From Ylistrum balloti (taxonomy: Eukaryota): 64,000 nucleotides of DNA. The position numbers and the translations under genes were made by a program. The notes beneath the pieces were generated by a model. It saw nothing but the letters and a program-made list of their open reading frames with translations. It ran no database searches and was not told the origin of the DNA. Where the stretch lies: the NCBI RefSeq assembly GCF_031769215.1, contig NW_026782182.1, positions 62,001 to 126,000 on the forward strand. The letters run 5' to 3'. This document shows, piece by piece, positions 13,010 through 24,856 of this stretch. Position 1 is the first letter of the stretch, and each line of letters starts with the position of its first letter.

Positions 13010-13440
13010 CCCCTATCCCACCCTTTTCTGTCAGAAAAGTCAGACCTCTGGTTTAAACACAATAAATTTTCTCTCTTTAAATAAATTTGGACAAAATTCT
13101 GTTAAGGAAAATGAAGGAAATCAAATATCTGATAAAATCCCCTGAGGCCCTTGGGGGACCAAGACCCACCATTTATACAAATTGTTGTCTCTTCCTTAAG
13201 GATATTTCTGACCAAATTTGATCAGAATACCTTCATCCAAACAGAAGGAGAAAGGATTTTAAAGCAATTGCTTCATTTCCCCTATATGACCCTGTTCCGC
13301 TGTCCACAGGCCTAGGAAGCCAAGTGCTTTTACATAACAGAGTCCTCGATGGTAGCTTGTAACAACAAAATGGGAACCAACATGGTATAATTGGTGGGTT
13401 GCTTATCCGGGACCATGAAATTTGCACTGAACTGTGGTAA
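13010..13440. mobile_element. Probable degenerate interspersed repeat in gene A intron
   Basis: Motifs such as accaaatttgatcagaat...gaaggattttaaag resemble, from memory, abundant molluscan non-autonomous elements. Not verified by search. Confidence 0.3.
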
Positions 13441-13759
13441 AAATAAAGGATCAATGTATGTGTACATATCCCAGTTGTAATTATAAGATACAATGCAGAC
13501 TTACAACTGATATGTAATGTATAAATACAAGGAAGACTGATTATTTTCAAACTGCGAATAACGCTGGTATAGACTTAAGTTCCCACTTGTACCACATATT
13601 TAAGCACAAAATGATGTATCCAAGCGAACTTGACATAAGACAAACATCATTACTTTCAACCTTTGATAGTTTTTTCTTTCTCTAAAAAGCAATGCTGTCA
13701 TATGATATCAACTGCCATGCCTGCGCATGTGAACCTGTGACTGTTTCTTTATAACTTAC

Positions 13760-14867
13760 CAGCTTCCCCTCCAGGGACTCTGGCTTTCTCTCGACAACCT
13801 CTCCTTAAATTTTTATTCAGCAGTTCTTTTCCTGGTTCAAGTCTGTACACTTCATTCCTATCTGTCTGTACTTTATCTGTTAAGTTATCCATTTTACTCT
13901 CCTCAAACTCATTCCCTTCATTCTCCAAAGGTTCTGCTGCCACAGATCGCATGAACATTTTTCCATGTTCTGTGGAGACAAAGAGATTGTCATCTTGCGC
14001 AATCACCATTTGGGTCGAGTCAGGGTAACCATCAGTCACTGGTTCGTCTTTCACCACAATATCTGGTGTTATTTGAGATTGTTCGTTGATGACATCTGAG
14101 ATTACAGATTCATTTACATTCAGACTCATCCCACTTTCAGAAGGAACATACTTTTTAATGACATCACCACATTCTGTTGGTGGGATGATCATCTTTTTAG
14201 TGTGCTCATTGATGTGTATGCTGCTAGAACTGTCAACATCACAATCAGAATTAGCAGATCTAGAATCACTGTCAGAAGGAACACATTTACTGGTGACATC
14301 ATCATATTCTGTGTGGAGACTCGCCAAGTTTGCAGTCTGTTCACCAATATCTGCTATAATGTCACTACCAGAGTGTACAGAACTATCTGTTACAGCACTG
14401 TCATCTGTTGGAATTTTACCTTCATCATCTGTAGTGAATTCTGGGTCATTCAGTCTGTCCTTCATAGTATAGGCTTTATTACTTGTGAGTACCTCATGTT
14501 GACCACTGACATCCGCCGTTTCTGTTTCATCAGTCTGTACACACTGACTGATGATGCCATCAGTTTTTATGAAGTCTTCTACTGATTCTAGGTCTATATG
14601 TTCATCTAGTGAAATCTCACTACCGACAGACTCTTGCTCATAAAGCATAAAAGGCTGACTAGAGTCCTCAGAGTTAATTGTCATTTGAATCTGGTCTTCG
14701 GAAACTTCTGTGTCCTGTTTAGATGGAAAGGGTGGCCATGGTCCAAAAGTGATTTCTATATCATCATTTTCAACTTCACTTTCATTGTTGGTATCGGAAG
14801 AATACTCTCCTTTCATATCTGACTCCATGGTGGTGTTGCTGTCTGAGACAATCATAGCTTCCTCCAT
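13760..14867 (-). CDS. Gene A, first coding exon (MEEAMIVSDS...GGEA); acidic, low-complexity
   Basis: Open frame from ATG at 14867, with in-frame TAG just upstream. Acceptor ttttcag at 14953-14955 opens the exon with about 85 nt of UTR. Donor G|GTAAGT at 13760/13759 is phase 1, matching the next exon. Confidence 0.8.
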
Positions 14868-15827
14868 CTCGACCTAGTCATCTGTTTCTATTACTTGGTC
14901 AAAAACATTTCATATATTTCTTCAGCATCAACTGGAAGAGCATGGCATATATCTGAAAAATGAACATGAGATTATTTCTGATGTGAAAAAGAGTGAACTT
15001 GTTATTATCTTTTTGTAGTTGTCCAATGAAATTAGAATGTCAGTATCGACTAAGAGTTTTATTTAAATTATTTTAAATGAATGTAGTATGCATAACTATA
15101 ATGTTTCAAAAACAATCTTGTCACCATGAACTTTCTGTAAAAACATGGAAGATTTGAGGTGCATGCAGCTTGTAATACACTTTTTCAATCTATAACCAGT
15201 GAGCTAAAAATCATGATATATTGGTACTTTTATTGTGCTATAATATTGCAAAAAATCATCAATGTAATTTTGTTCTCGTGATCACACTCTTCATAAATGT
15301 AGATATATCATTATAGGCAAAGTTTATCAGTGAGTAATAAGGAAACGAGAAACCCCAGAGGGAACTTGGTGCCCACTATCCTATGATTTTTATTGGTTTG
15401 ATTCAAGTTGAGTCTTTTGTTTCTTTTCTCATCTTTCCTCTCCTTTGTTCTTATTCATTTATTGTATTGACAAATGAACTCATCATTAATCATTACACAA
15501 GATACTGACGAGCAAAATTTGAGAATATTTTCTCCAATCATTTCTGACAATGCCATATTAAGGACCAAGGGAAACCTTACTTACATAAGGAATTTGAAAA
15601 TGATCAATCACATACTTCTTACAAAATAGTAATAACAAAACTATATCTGTCAATATTGAAGATGATTGACTTTCAACTGCTTTAATCTTCTGATCCATCA
15701 CAAAAATAAACAATACACAACTAGGGACCTGGGTAACATACAAAAATATTTAGGAAAGGTCTATCCCGTCCTTACCAAGAAATGGTGATAACAATCTATA
15801 ATGGCGGGAGTGTACCTGTAAGCCTAC

Positions 15828-15917
15828 CTGCTCTTCATTTATTTGTTTGTGGGCAGATGGTTCGACAGACAACAGACGTAGGGTGTTGTGAATCTCCTAC
15901 TATCAGATGATGTTGTG
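15828..15917 (-). other. Candidate non-coding 5' UTR exon of gene A
   Basis: Acceptor tctttttcag and donor CAG|GTAGGC flank 90 nt with stops in all three frames, upstream of the 14952 acceptor. Confidence 0.4.
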
Positions 15918-16353
15918 CTGAAAAAGATAATATACTAGTGGTAAAAAGAAATGCAAGTTTACTTTTGATAGTTATTATTTAACATGATTCATTGATAATT
16001 AGTTCATTGTTTGGGTTGGGGTGGAGGAAAACACATACGGAATAGTGGCAGATGACGGGCCAAATGGACAGTCCACCTTCTGACCTCACGACAATAAATG
16101 GGACTACTCTACTCCTACAACTTCTAAAGGACCCTTACTTCAAGTAGCTTTAATGATAGTTGAAAACAAAGCATGACTTGTCATACTTGCATAGAAATAA
16201 AGAAACCAAAAAAATCTTGAGAAGTTGGATCCAACAAAATACAAACAGTGTTACTTTTCTGTTTAAAAAAAGTGTGAATCCTCGGTCAATAACCTTAAAT
16301 ATTAATCTGAACTTGATGATTATTAGAATTACAAGACCTCCCTTTAACATGGA

Positions 16354-16363
16354 GTGACGTCAC
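16354..16363. promoter_or_regulatory. CRE/ATF-type palindrome GTGACGTCAC upstream of gene A
   Basis: Exact TGACGTCA consensus near the presumed 5' end of gene A. Function is inferred only. Confidence 0.3.
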
Positions 16364-18065
16364 AATCCGAGTTGGGATTATCTCCCTTCCATAAAGATGG
16401 AACAGGATGGCTTTAACTTCGACTAAAATTAAAACTTTGTCGTTTATATTTGACAAAATAATGAACACTTACAAAATGTGGAATTATCGAAAGGCTCACT
16501 GAATGAATATGTACTCAGTTTCAACGTAAGTGGGCAGGATTTGCGTGTCTTGATCACACTTGCTGCACAAACTTGCATGAATAGGTTATGTATTAAGAGC
16601 TAATTCGATGTAACAACGAAATGCATTTGCCTCAGCATACAAATAAACCATGGGTTAAGACTTACTGGTTATGTACATCCATCGTTATGAAAATAAGCAA
16701 AACCATAGCGTCTTCTAGTGCGGTGTCTTCGTCAACGAGGATCTCCGACTCCCCGACAAAACTTTCATTTGAGGAGCTTTCGTACCTTCGACAACAAAGA
16801 GTGCTCTCTTTACTAAGCGGGTAGCTCGTGCAAATCGAACCTGCATGTTTATGTACCCACGTGCAGAACAAAACACTGGTCACGGCAGTTCAAATCATCT
16901 ATCATTCTGTAGATTTTGTTGATAAACATATATATTCTGAAAGAAAATATTTTGACAGCAAAACATAACGACATAAAAAAGAACGCTGTTTGGAATTTTT
17001 CAGTTAGCCTTAAGGAGGGTACTGACATACGCTGCCTGTCCGTGATTTGTGCTCAGTGTTTGTGTACATTTTGTATAGTGTATAGATGTTTTAAGAAGAC
17101 GGAGTCGTTAGAGAAGTTTGTTTCAGTTGTTGATAATTGAAATTTATTGATAAGCAATAGATAAATAATTGATCGATATTAAAGAAGATTTAAAAATTAT
17201 GATTTTTTTTAGAAACTAGAAGTAGCCAGAACTTGTAACGAGTACATTTTTTTATTTGTTGTTCTATCAGTACAGTCAGAGACGTATATATATTTCTCTG
17301 GTTACAGTAGACTTTTGTGTTAATAAAATTATTGTTTATTAAACTAAACTAGTTTAATACTTGAAAGGAGATTTTCACACACACTATATTCTTGTGTAGT
17401 GGTATGTAAGGAGGGTTTAAGAGATATATAAGTATGGGCATATATATACCTCTCTGGTGTCGTTTTTAATTAGGACCAATTTTAGTATTCATTTGTAAAG
17501 TAAATTTAGTTCGTACAAAGTATATAATGTATTTAACTCATTTATTTCAATACCCGAAACTGTAATAATAACGGTCGAAAACATATAATTAATATTTAAA
17601 ATCGCGATATAAATATTTAGAATCACGGTTTTCAGTTGAATTAAAAATGAGAAACTCTCCACCGACCTGGCTGATCCTATAGATGTGTTCAGACCCGATG
17701 AACCCAGGCGTAACACTTTCCATCTCAAGTACCACCGAGTGTAGTCACAATGGTAGTGTTCCAGTATAATTATTCAGTAAATTTCAAGAAGAGAAATTTC
17801 AGTGTGATAACGCTATCGGATTGTGATCATTTCATCGCGATGTAACATTTCAGCGCGATGACGCTATGATTACTATCATATATCAAGATGTGATATATCT
17901 TTGTGATGACGCTACATATGATAACAACACTGCGATGTGACATTTCAGTGGGGTGATGCTACATATGATAACAACACTGCGATGTGACATTTCAGTGGGA
18001 TGACGCCATACATATATGATCGTTAATCTGTGTTTATTTCGTATATATCGAGAATACATTGTGAA

Positions 18066-18175
18066 TGTCTTAAAATATAAGATATATTTTAACGAGGGCG
18101 AAGAAAGACAAAAGTGGCGAGTCACCTTTTTGTCTTTCTGTCCCGAGCCAAAATACAGATTATAATTTAAGACAA
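18066..18175. mobile_element. Short palindromic MITE-like element
   Basis: Outer inverted repeat tgtcttaaaatataa / ttataatttaagaca (1 mismatch) and inner 12-bp stem agaaagacaaaa / ttttgtctttct. Confidence 0.45.
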
Positions 18176-18179
18176 TGAC

Positions 18180-18355
18180 CAGAGGCGTAGCAATAATGTA
18201 TGCTTGTATGCTTAAACATACACTCGAATTCCATTGAGATATATTTGCCCTTCTTTTTTAACCTTACTGCGCCCCTAGACCCCTTTAACCGGGGCTTCGC
18301 CCTTGGATTCTCTCTTGAAAGCATACACTCTTAAAAATGTTTTGCTACGCCACTG
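18180..18355. mobile_element. Non-autonomous DNA transposon (MITE), about 176 bp
   Basis: 13-bp TIRs cagaggcgtagca / tgctacgccactg (1 mismatch) with a GC-rich interior. No clean TSD seen. Confidence 0.6.
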
Positions 18356-20889
18356 ATGATCATGTAATCATCCTGGCAACATAGATTGAAATTCAGACTA
18401 TCAACACTTTAACAGTTTTCTTGTTCAGTTTTTGTTTACATGATACTGACTTTACGCTTAATTTTGGCTGGTGTCATATCCGAAAATTGCTCCGCAACGG
18501 ATAAAACAGCAATTTGAAGAATATTCGTAGATAAACTTGTTTATTACAGCTTATTATAAGGTTCTATGATGTTAGCCTTATCGAGACGAAGATACATTTT
18601 AATCAAATAACTAAAATAAGATACATTTTAATAGGTTTAGATATCAAAGTGTGGCGATCAACATCAAACGGAGGCAGCCATGTTGTTGCACCGTTTTCAA
18701 TTTACGACGTAACGTCATTGTCCATATCATGACATCACTATGGATTTCTGACTGACACATATAATAAAAATTTGCTGGGTATATTACACAATAACATAAT
18801 CGCAAAAAAACAAAAAACCAAAAAAACATGGATGAAACAGGCTGGTTATTTGATAAAGATGAAAATCACGATGTGACATTCTTTGGGTGACGCTATATAT
18901 CATAAGGATATCCTTGCGTAAGATTTCAGTGTGATAACGCTATATATGATAACAATATGTGACATTTCAATCTATCAGTGAGATGTTGGAATGCAGTTGT
19001 ACAGAGTACTCCAGTGTTAACATGTATTTTCTGTTCCGCCAACTGCATTGCCATTATCTGTTTGATATTTGTACACGGAATGTTTATCAAATTAAGAATG
19101 TCTGAACGTCAACATTCTCGTAAACCAAGACATAAAAAGACTTCAATACGATAGTGGTAGTACCTTATACGTCAACGGAATCTGTCTCGACTTCACCCCA
19201 CTTGCTATATAACCGTTATTTTATTGGTTTAACTGACTGCGACAGCGATGGTTTCTAAGGGAAAAAAGAGTTCCATTCACCGTTTTTTTTAATTAAAAAC
19301 GAACAAACAAACGAAAACAAGAACAGTTTGAATTTATTGTTTTAGTAAAATGACGGGACTTTATATTTCGCTAAACCGACTGTATCAATGACCAAATAAT
19401 AGCCCATTATTACAGATAAAATGTTAGCAATATTTCCTTGTAGCGTATTATAATCTTTTTAGTAAGAAATTGCGTTTCTTAATTGTCATTTCTCACACAA
19501 CTGTTACTACATCGTCGACGAACTGTATAATTTCTTGTAACACTAAGTTGTGTCTAAACGAAATTTCTCTTTACTTCATGGTCTTCGCCCCTCTAACAAG
19601 GAGGGAGGGAGGGGGCTTCCATTTACTGGTACACGGTAATTGAGGTTCCCTTAATCTAATGATTAGTACCACCTTTTGTTTAGATCCACACAGCGGTTCG
19701 ACAGAAGTGAGTTTTAAAGACTTGTGTGGTTGGGGAGGTGTTGTTAACCTTCGTGTCTATTTCTATTTCTCTCTATTTCTTGATGCGCAATTAAAAATCA
19801 GCGATTGGCGATTATCAGCATGGATTTATTATATAAGAATATATATAATTTATGACTGTAGTGTCGTTACAGTAAACTTTCATATCTAGAACAAATAACT
19901 AAGCTTTAAGTCTGATGTACAGGATAATACATCATGTACCAGAAACATATCATTAAATATCATAGATTTTACTTATACATGGTATTTACGTAGGTAAATT
20001 ACATCACATAAAGTTCCAGACAGAAATGGTAGTTTTGTGTATTCTTATATATGTAGGATTCTGAATTTCTACATATTGTACAGACCTACAATACTTTATG
20101 AAACATTTGTGTTAAAATATGTACCATGGATCGCTATTTACGTTTTATTCCATTTAAGTGGTATCTCCAAAACGATCAGGTGATATCAACTAATTATATA
20201 ACTGGTATCGTTAATTTATTATAGCGACATCACCTAATAGTACCTACATGAAGTAAGTGAACCTCGTGCTATACGTGTTGATGAGACTAACAAAGTGGTG
20301 GAGTTTTCTCCCTTACATTGATCACAAAAATAACAAAACGTGTTCATCGTCCTTCAGAAAGTTTATCACAGATCAACAGCTTATGGAAAATATCAACCGT
20401 ATTTACAATTTGAGCAATGTACAGATGCAGTTTAACAAAAATAAATATTTTATACGAGAATGACATTTAATAAATATACATATGGAACTTTATAACATGA
20501 TTTTCTTTATATTATGTACACTGATATATATAATTTAATATATACACAAACCGACAATTTTGAACATATACATGACATAGAAAACATATTGTGTGTGTTC
20601 TGGTTTGAAACCTTACCAAAACAACAGTCTATCATAGCAATTCTCAAACCAAATGTGCTTTAGTATCTTGCATTGAATGCAAATCGTACCCTCGCTACTG
20701 TGACAGGCAGTTAATTCAATCTATTCCGGTAAACATTGGCAGTATGAAGAAATCTTGATTAATGAATATGAAGTTGGATATTCCTCCAAATTACATGGAT
20801 TTTAAACTTGATACTCTTTGATGTAGTCAATCATTTACACGGGTTAATTTTTATCGGTGCTCTCCCGATAAACGGAACGATTTAAGTAT

Positions 20890-20981
20890 TTAAATAGAGG
20901 CTATGAGTTCTCTTGGTGGTGGTTGTCTAAGGGCATTCTCGGTACTGTGTCCAAAGGTCTCACCGTATCGGAACTTTTGAC
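20890..20981 (-). CDS. FAM166B: CIMIP2/FAM166, last exon (GQKFRYGETFGHSTENALRQPPPRELIASI*)
   Basis: Acceptor tttttacag|GT (phase 1), TAA at 20890-20892. The six exons sum to 927 nt = 308 aa plus stop. Confidence 0.9.
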
Positions 20982-21336
20982 CTGTAAAAAACAGTAAAAC
21001 GCATGTAAGTAAATACACTAAACGAAGAGATAAATGACCTAATAACGAAGTAATGAGGAAGTGAACACACGAGGACATGTAACAATTCAACACAATTCGT
21101 TTATGAACACTGCGCCACAGGGACATGAGAACTTGTAACAGTGTTGAAATCAAAAAGTTTGTCGGTCTAACCTAGAACCCCAAAACATCGTTAATGTTAC
21201 AAATACATACGAATAGTTCCATATACACAAGTTACAAGTTCTCAAGTCCATTTTTACTGCACAAATCTTTGACTTGGTACACTATGGGTACTTCTGTAGT
21301 CGGTATAGATAGGTAAAGATACCCCAGTGTTTGTAC

Positions 21337-21571
21337 GTACCTGGTATGTGACCGGTGTAGTGAGGTACCAGTCCACTTTCTACGTACCTGGTATGTGACC
21401 GGTGTAGTGAGGTACTAGTCCACTTTCTACGTACCTGGTATGTGACCGGTGTATTGAGGTACTAGTCCACTTTCTACGTACCTGGTATGTGACCGGTGTA
21501 GTGAGGCACCAGTCCACTTTATACGTACCTGGTATGTGACCGGTGTAGTGAGGTACCAGTCCACTTTCTAC
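21337..21571. repeat. 47-bp tandem repeat x5 copying the end of FAM166 exon 5 plus its donor
   Basis: Unit starts at 21337, 21384, 21431, 21478 and 21525. Confidence 0.95.
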
Positions 21572-21750
21572 GGGGTAGATGGGTTTAGTGTTGATCGCCT
21601 TGGGAGCCTCCCTCTTCAGGTTAACATCTCTGCTCATGGCTGCCTTCATATTCTTCAGGTCGTTGGTGAACTCGTTGAGCCCCTGGTGAGTGATGATGGG
21701 ATAGCCCATTCCTAACTGTCCTCTACTACGTGGTACAAATCCTGTATAAC
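21529..21750 (-). CDS. FAM166B: CIMIP2/FAM166, exon 5 (GYTGFVPRSRG...GLVPHYTGHIP)
   Basis: Acceptor tgtgcag|GT (phase 1); first donor CAG|GTACGT at 21529 (phase 1). Confidence 0.9.
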
Positions 21751-21924
21751 CTGCACATGTCAAAAAAGAAATCAGTTTCCCTTTCGTTTAAGATTTATGA
21801 AAGGAGACTTGGAAATTTCTCGGGAGGTACTCGACATCAAACACGGATAACGTACTTAACATAGAACCTGATGATCTACTCAAAATAAAAAAGGGGAGGC
21901 CTCCTGGAAATATGGGACATGGAG

Positions 21925-22575
21925 ACCGTAACAGAGAGGTGTCTACAAAATAAAACACAGAAGCCTTAACAGGGAGGTCTCTCTAAAATAAAACACAGAG
22001 GCCTTAACAGAGAGGTCTCTCCAAAATAAAAACATGGAGGCCTTAACAGAGAGGTCTCTCCAAAATAAAAACATGGAGGCCTTAACAGAGAGGTCTCTCC
22101 AAAATAAAACATGGAGTCCTTAACAGAGAGGTCTCTCCAAAATAAAAACATGGAGGCCTTAACAGAGAGGTCTCTCCAAAATAAAACATGGAGGCCTCAA
22201 CAGGGAGGTCTCTCCAAAATAAAACATGGATGCCTCAACAGGGAGGTCTCTCCAAAATAAAACATGGAGTCCTTAACAGAGAGGTCTCTTCAAAATAAAA
22301 CATGGAGGCCTCAACAGGGAGGTCTCTTCAAAATAAAACATGGAGGCCTCAACAGGGAGGTATCTTCAAAATAAAAATATGGAGGCCTGAACAGACAGGT
22401 CTCTCCAAAAAAAAAAAAACCCAAAAAAACACGGAGGCCTTACAGGGAGGTCTCTCCAAACTAAAACATGGAGGCCAGAACAGGGAAGTCTCTCCAAAAT
22501 GAAACATGGAGGCCTTAACTGGGAAGTATCTCCAAAAAAAAAACATGGCGTCCTTAACGGGTGATCTTTCCAAAA
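21925..22575. repeat. 39-40-bp minisatellite (aaaataaaacatggaggccttaacagagaggtctctcc), about 16 copies, in FAM166 intron 4
   Basis: Direct reading; degenerate at both ends. Confidence 0.9.
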
Positions 22576-22876
22576 TACTGAACTGCTTTCGGTGTCATAG
22601 TTGTGTCTAAAATCAGTTCAATGTTATATCTATCATTATTGTGTTTCCCTTAGGATAGACGACAAGCCTAGTTTCCTTACATTACTTATATTATTTCCAT
22701 ACCGTTGACAGGTAATGGAGGACTGATATTTGGTAAGGTTATGTCGTACGTCATACAATTGTAACAGATCACCTCTCAGGTGTCAAGGGTTATCACCCTG
22801 ACGGAAATACATAGGAGGTAAATACGATAAAAATACAGCCGAGGATGACGTTGATATAAATACTATAATGACTTAC

Positions 22877-23015
22877 CGGACATAAAACATTTATTGGGAT
22901 TTTCGTTATCCATGTAATACGGAGACTTCGAATGCTGGAAACCATTAGCGGATATGTAAGGTTTTGGTTCCTTAGCAACCGGTGTCAGTGGGGTAAAGTA
23001 CCGACTTCGGATAGC
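22877..23015 (-). CDS. FAM166B: CIMIP2/FAM166, exon 4 (AIRSRYFTPL...SPYYMDNENPNKCFMS)
   Basis: Translated by hand: acceptor gacttgcag|GCT (phase 0), donor G|GTAAGT (phase 1). SPYxMD...FMSGYTGFVPR matches the family motif. Confidence 0.9.
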
Positions 23016-23136
23016 CTGCAAGTCAAATAGAAAGTGGTCTGATCAAATCTACAGACATGAAATAAAGTTTTTTGATATACTTACAATTGTTTCTTTTTGT
23101 CCTTATGGCAATAAAACTTGGCCGGTAAAATATGGA

Positions 23137-24856
23137 TTTATCATTTTGTCTAACACCGGCTTACAATTCTTGTTTCACATTTACAGATATTGGTTTACCA
23201 TCCTTGTCTCACACTTAAAGACATTGGTTTACTGTCCTTGTCTCACACTTACAGACATTGGTATATCATCCTTGTCTCACACTTACAGACATTGGTTCAC
23301 TGTCCTTGTCTCACACTTACAGACATCGGTTCACTGTCCTTGTCTCACACTTACAGACATTGGTATATCATCCTTGTCTCACACTTACAGACATTGGTTC
23401 ACTGTCCTTGTCTCACACTTACAGACATTGGTTCACTGTCCTTGTCTCACACTTACAGACATTGGTATATCATCCTTGTCTCACACTTACAGACATTGGT
23501 TCACTGTCCTTGTCTCACACTTACAGACATTGGTTCACTGTCCTTGTCTCACACTTACAGACATTGGTTCACTGTCCTTGTCTCACACTTACAGACATTG
23601 GTTCACTGTCCTTGTCTCACACTTACAGACATTGGTTCACTGTCCTTGTCTCACACTTACAGACATTGGTTTACCATCCTTGTCTCACACTTACAGACAT
23701 TGGTTCACTGTCCTTGTCTCACACTTACAGACATCGGTTCACTGTCCTTGTCTCAAACTTACAGACATTGGTTCTCTGTCCTTGTCTCACACTTCCAGAC
23801 ATTGATTCACTGTCCTTGTCTCACACTTACAGACATTAGTTTACCATCCTTGTCTCACACTTACAGACATTGGTTCACTGTCCTTGTCTCACACTTACAG
23901 ACATTGGTTTACTGCCCTTGTCTCACACTTACAGACATTGATTCACTGTCCTTGTCTCACACTTACAGACATTGGTTTACCATCCTTGTCTCACACTTAC
24001 AGACATTGGTTCACCATCCTTGTCTCACACTTACAGACATTGGTTCACTGTCCTTGTCTCACACTTACAGACATTGGTTCACTGTCCTTGTCTCACACTT
24101 ACAGACATTGGTTCACTGTCCTTGTCTCACACTTACAGACATTGGTTCACTGTCCTTGTCTCACACTTACAGACATTGGTTCACTGTCCGTGTCTCACAC
24201 GTACAGACATTGGTTCACCATCCTTGTCTCACACTTACAGATATTGGTTTACCATCCTTGTCTCACACTTAAAGACATTGGTTTACCACCCTTGTCTCAC
24301 ACTTACAGACATTGGTTCACCATCCTTGTCTCACACTTACAGACATTGGTTCACTGTCCGTGTCTCACACGTACAGACATTGGTTCACTGTCCTTGTGTC
24401 ACACTTACAGACATTGGTTCACCATCCTTGTCTCACACTTACAGACATTGGTTCACTGTCCTTGTCTCACACTTACAGACATTGGTTTACCACCCTTGTC
24501 TCACACTTACAGACTTACAGACACCGGTTCACTGTCCTTGTCTCACACTTAAAGACATTGGTTCACTGTCCTTGTCTCACACGTAAAGACATTGGTTCAC
24601 TGTCCGTGTCTCACACGTAAAGACATTGGTTCACTGTCCTTGTCTCACACTTACAGACATTGGTATATCATCCTTGTCTCACACGTAAAGACATTGGTTC
24701 ACTGTCCTTGTCTCACACTTACAGACATTGGTTTACCATCCTTGTCTCACACTTACAGACATTGGTTCACTGTCCTTGTCTCACACTTACAGACATTGGT
24801 TTACCATCCTTATATAACACTTACCGGCATTGGTTTACCATCTTTGTCTAACACTT
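23137..24856. repeat. 34-bp minisatellite (cacttacagacattggttcactgtccttgtctca), about 50 copies, derived from the FAM166 exon 3/intron 3 junction
   Basis: The unit aligns with 24815-24856; most copies read GTAAGT on the minus strand. Confidence 0.95.

Noticed and set aside
16621-16900. Relatively GC-rich patch with short ORFs on both strands, possibly a LINE reverse-transcriptase tail
   Set aside because: Only a vague resemblance; all frames are interrupted and no diagnostic motif is present.
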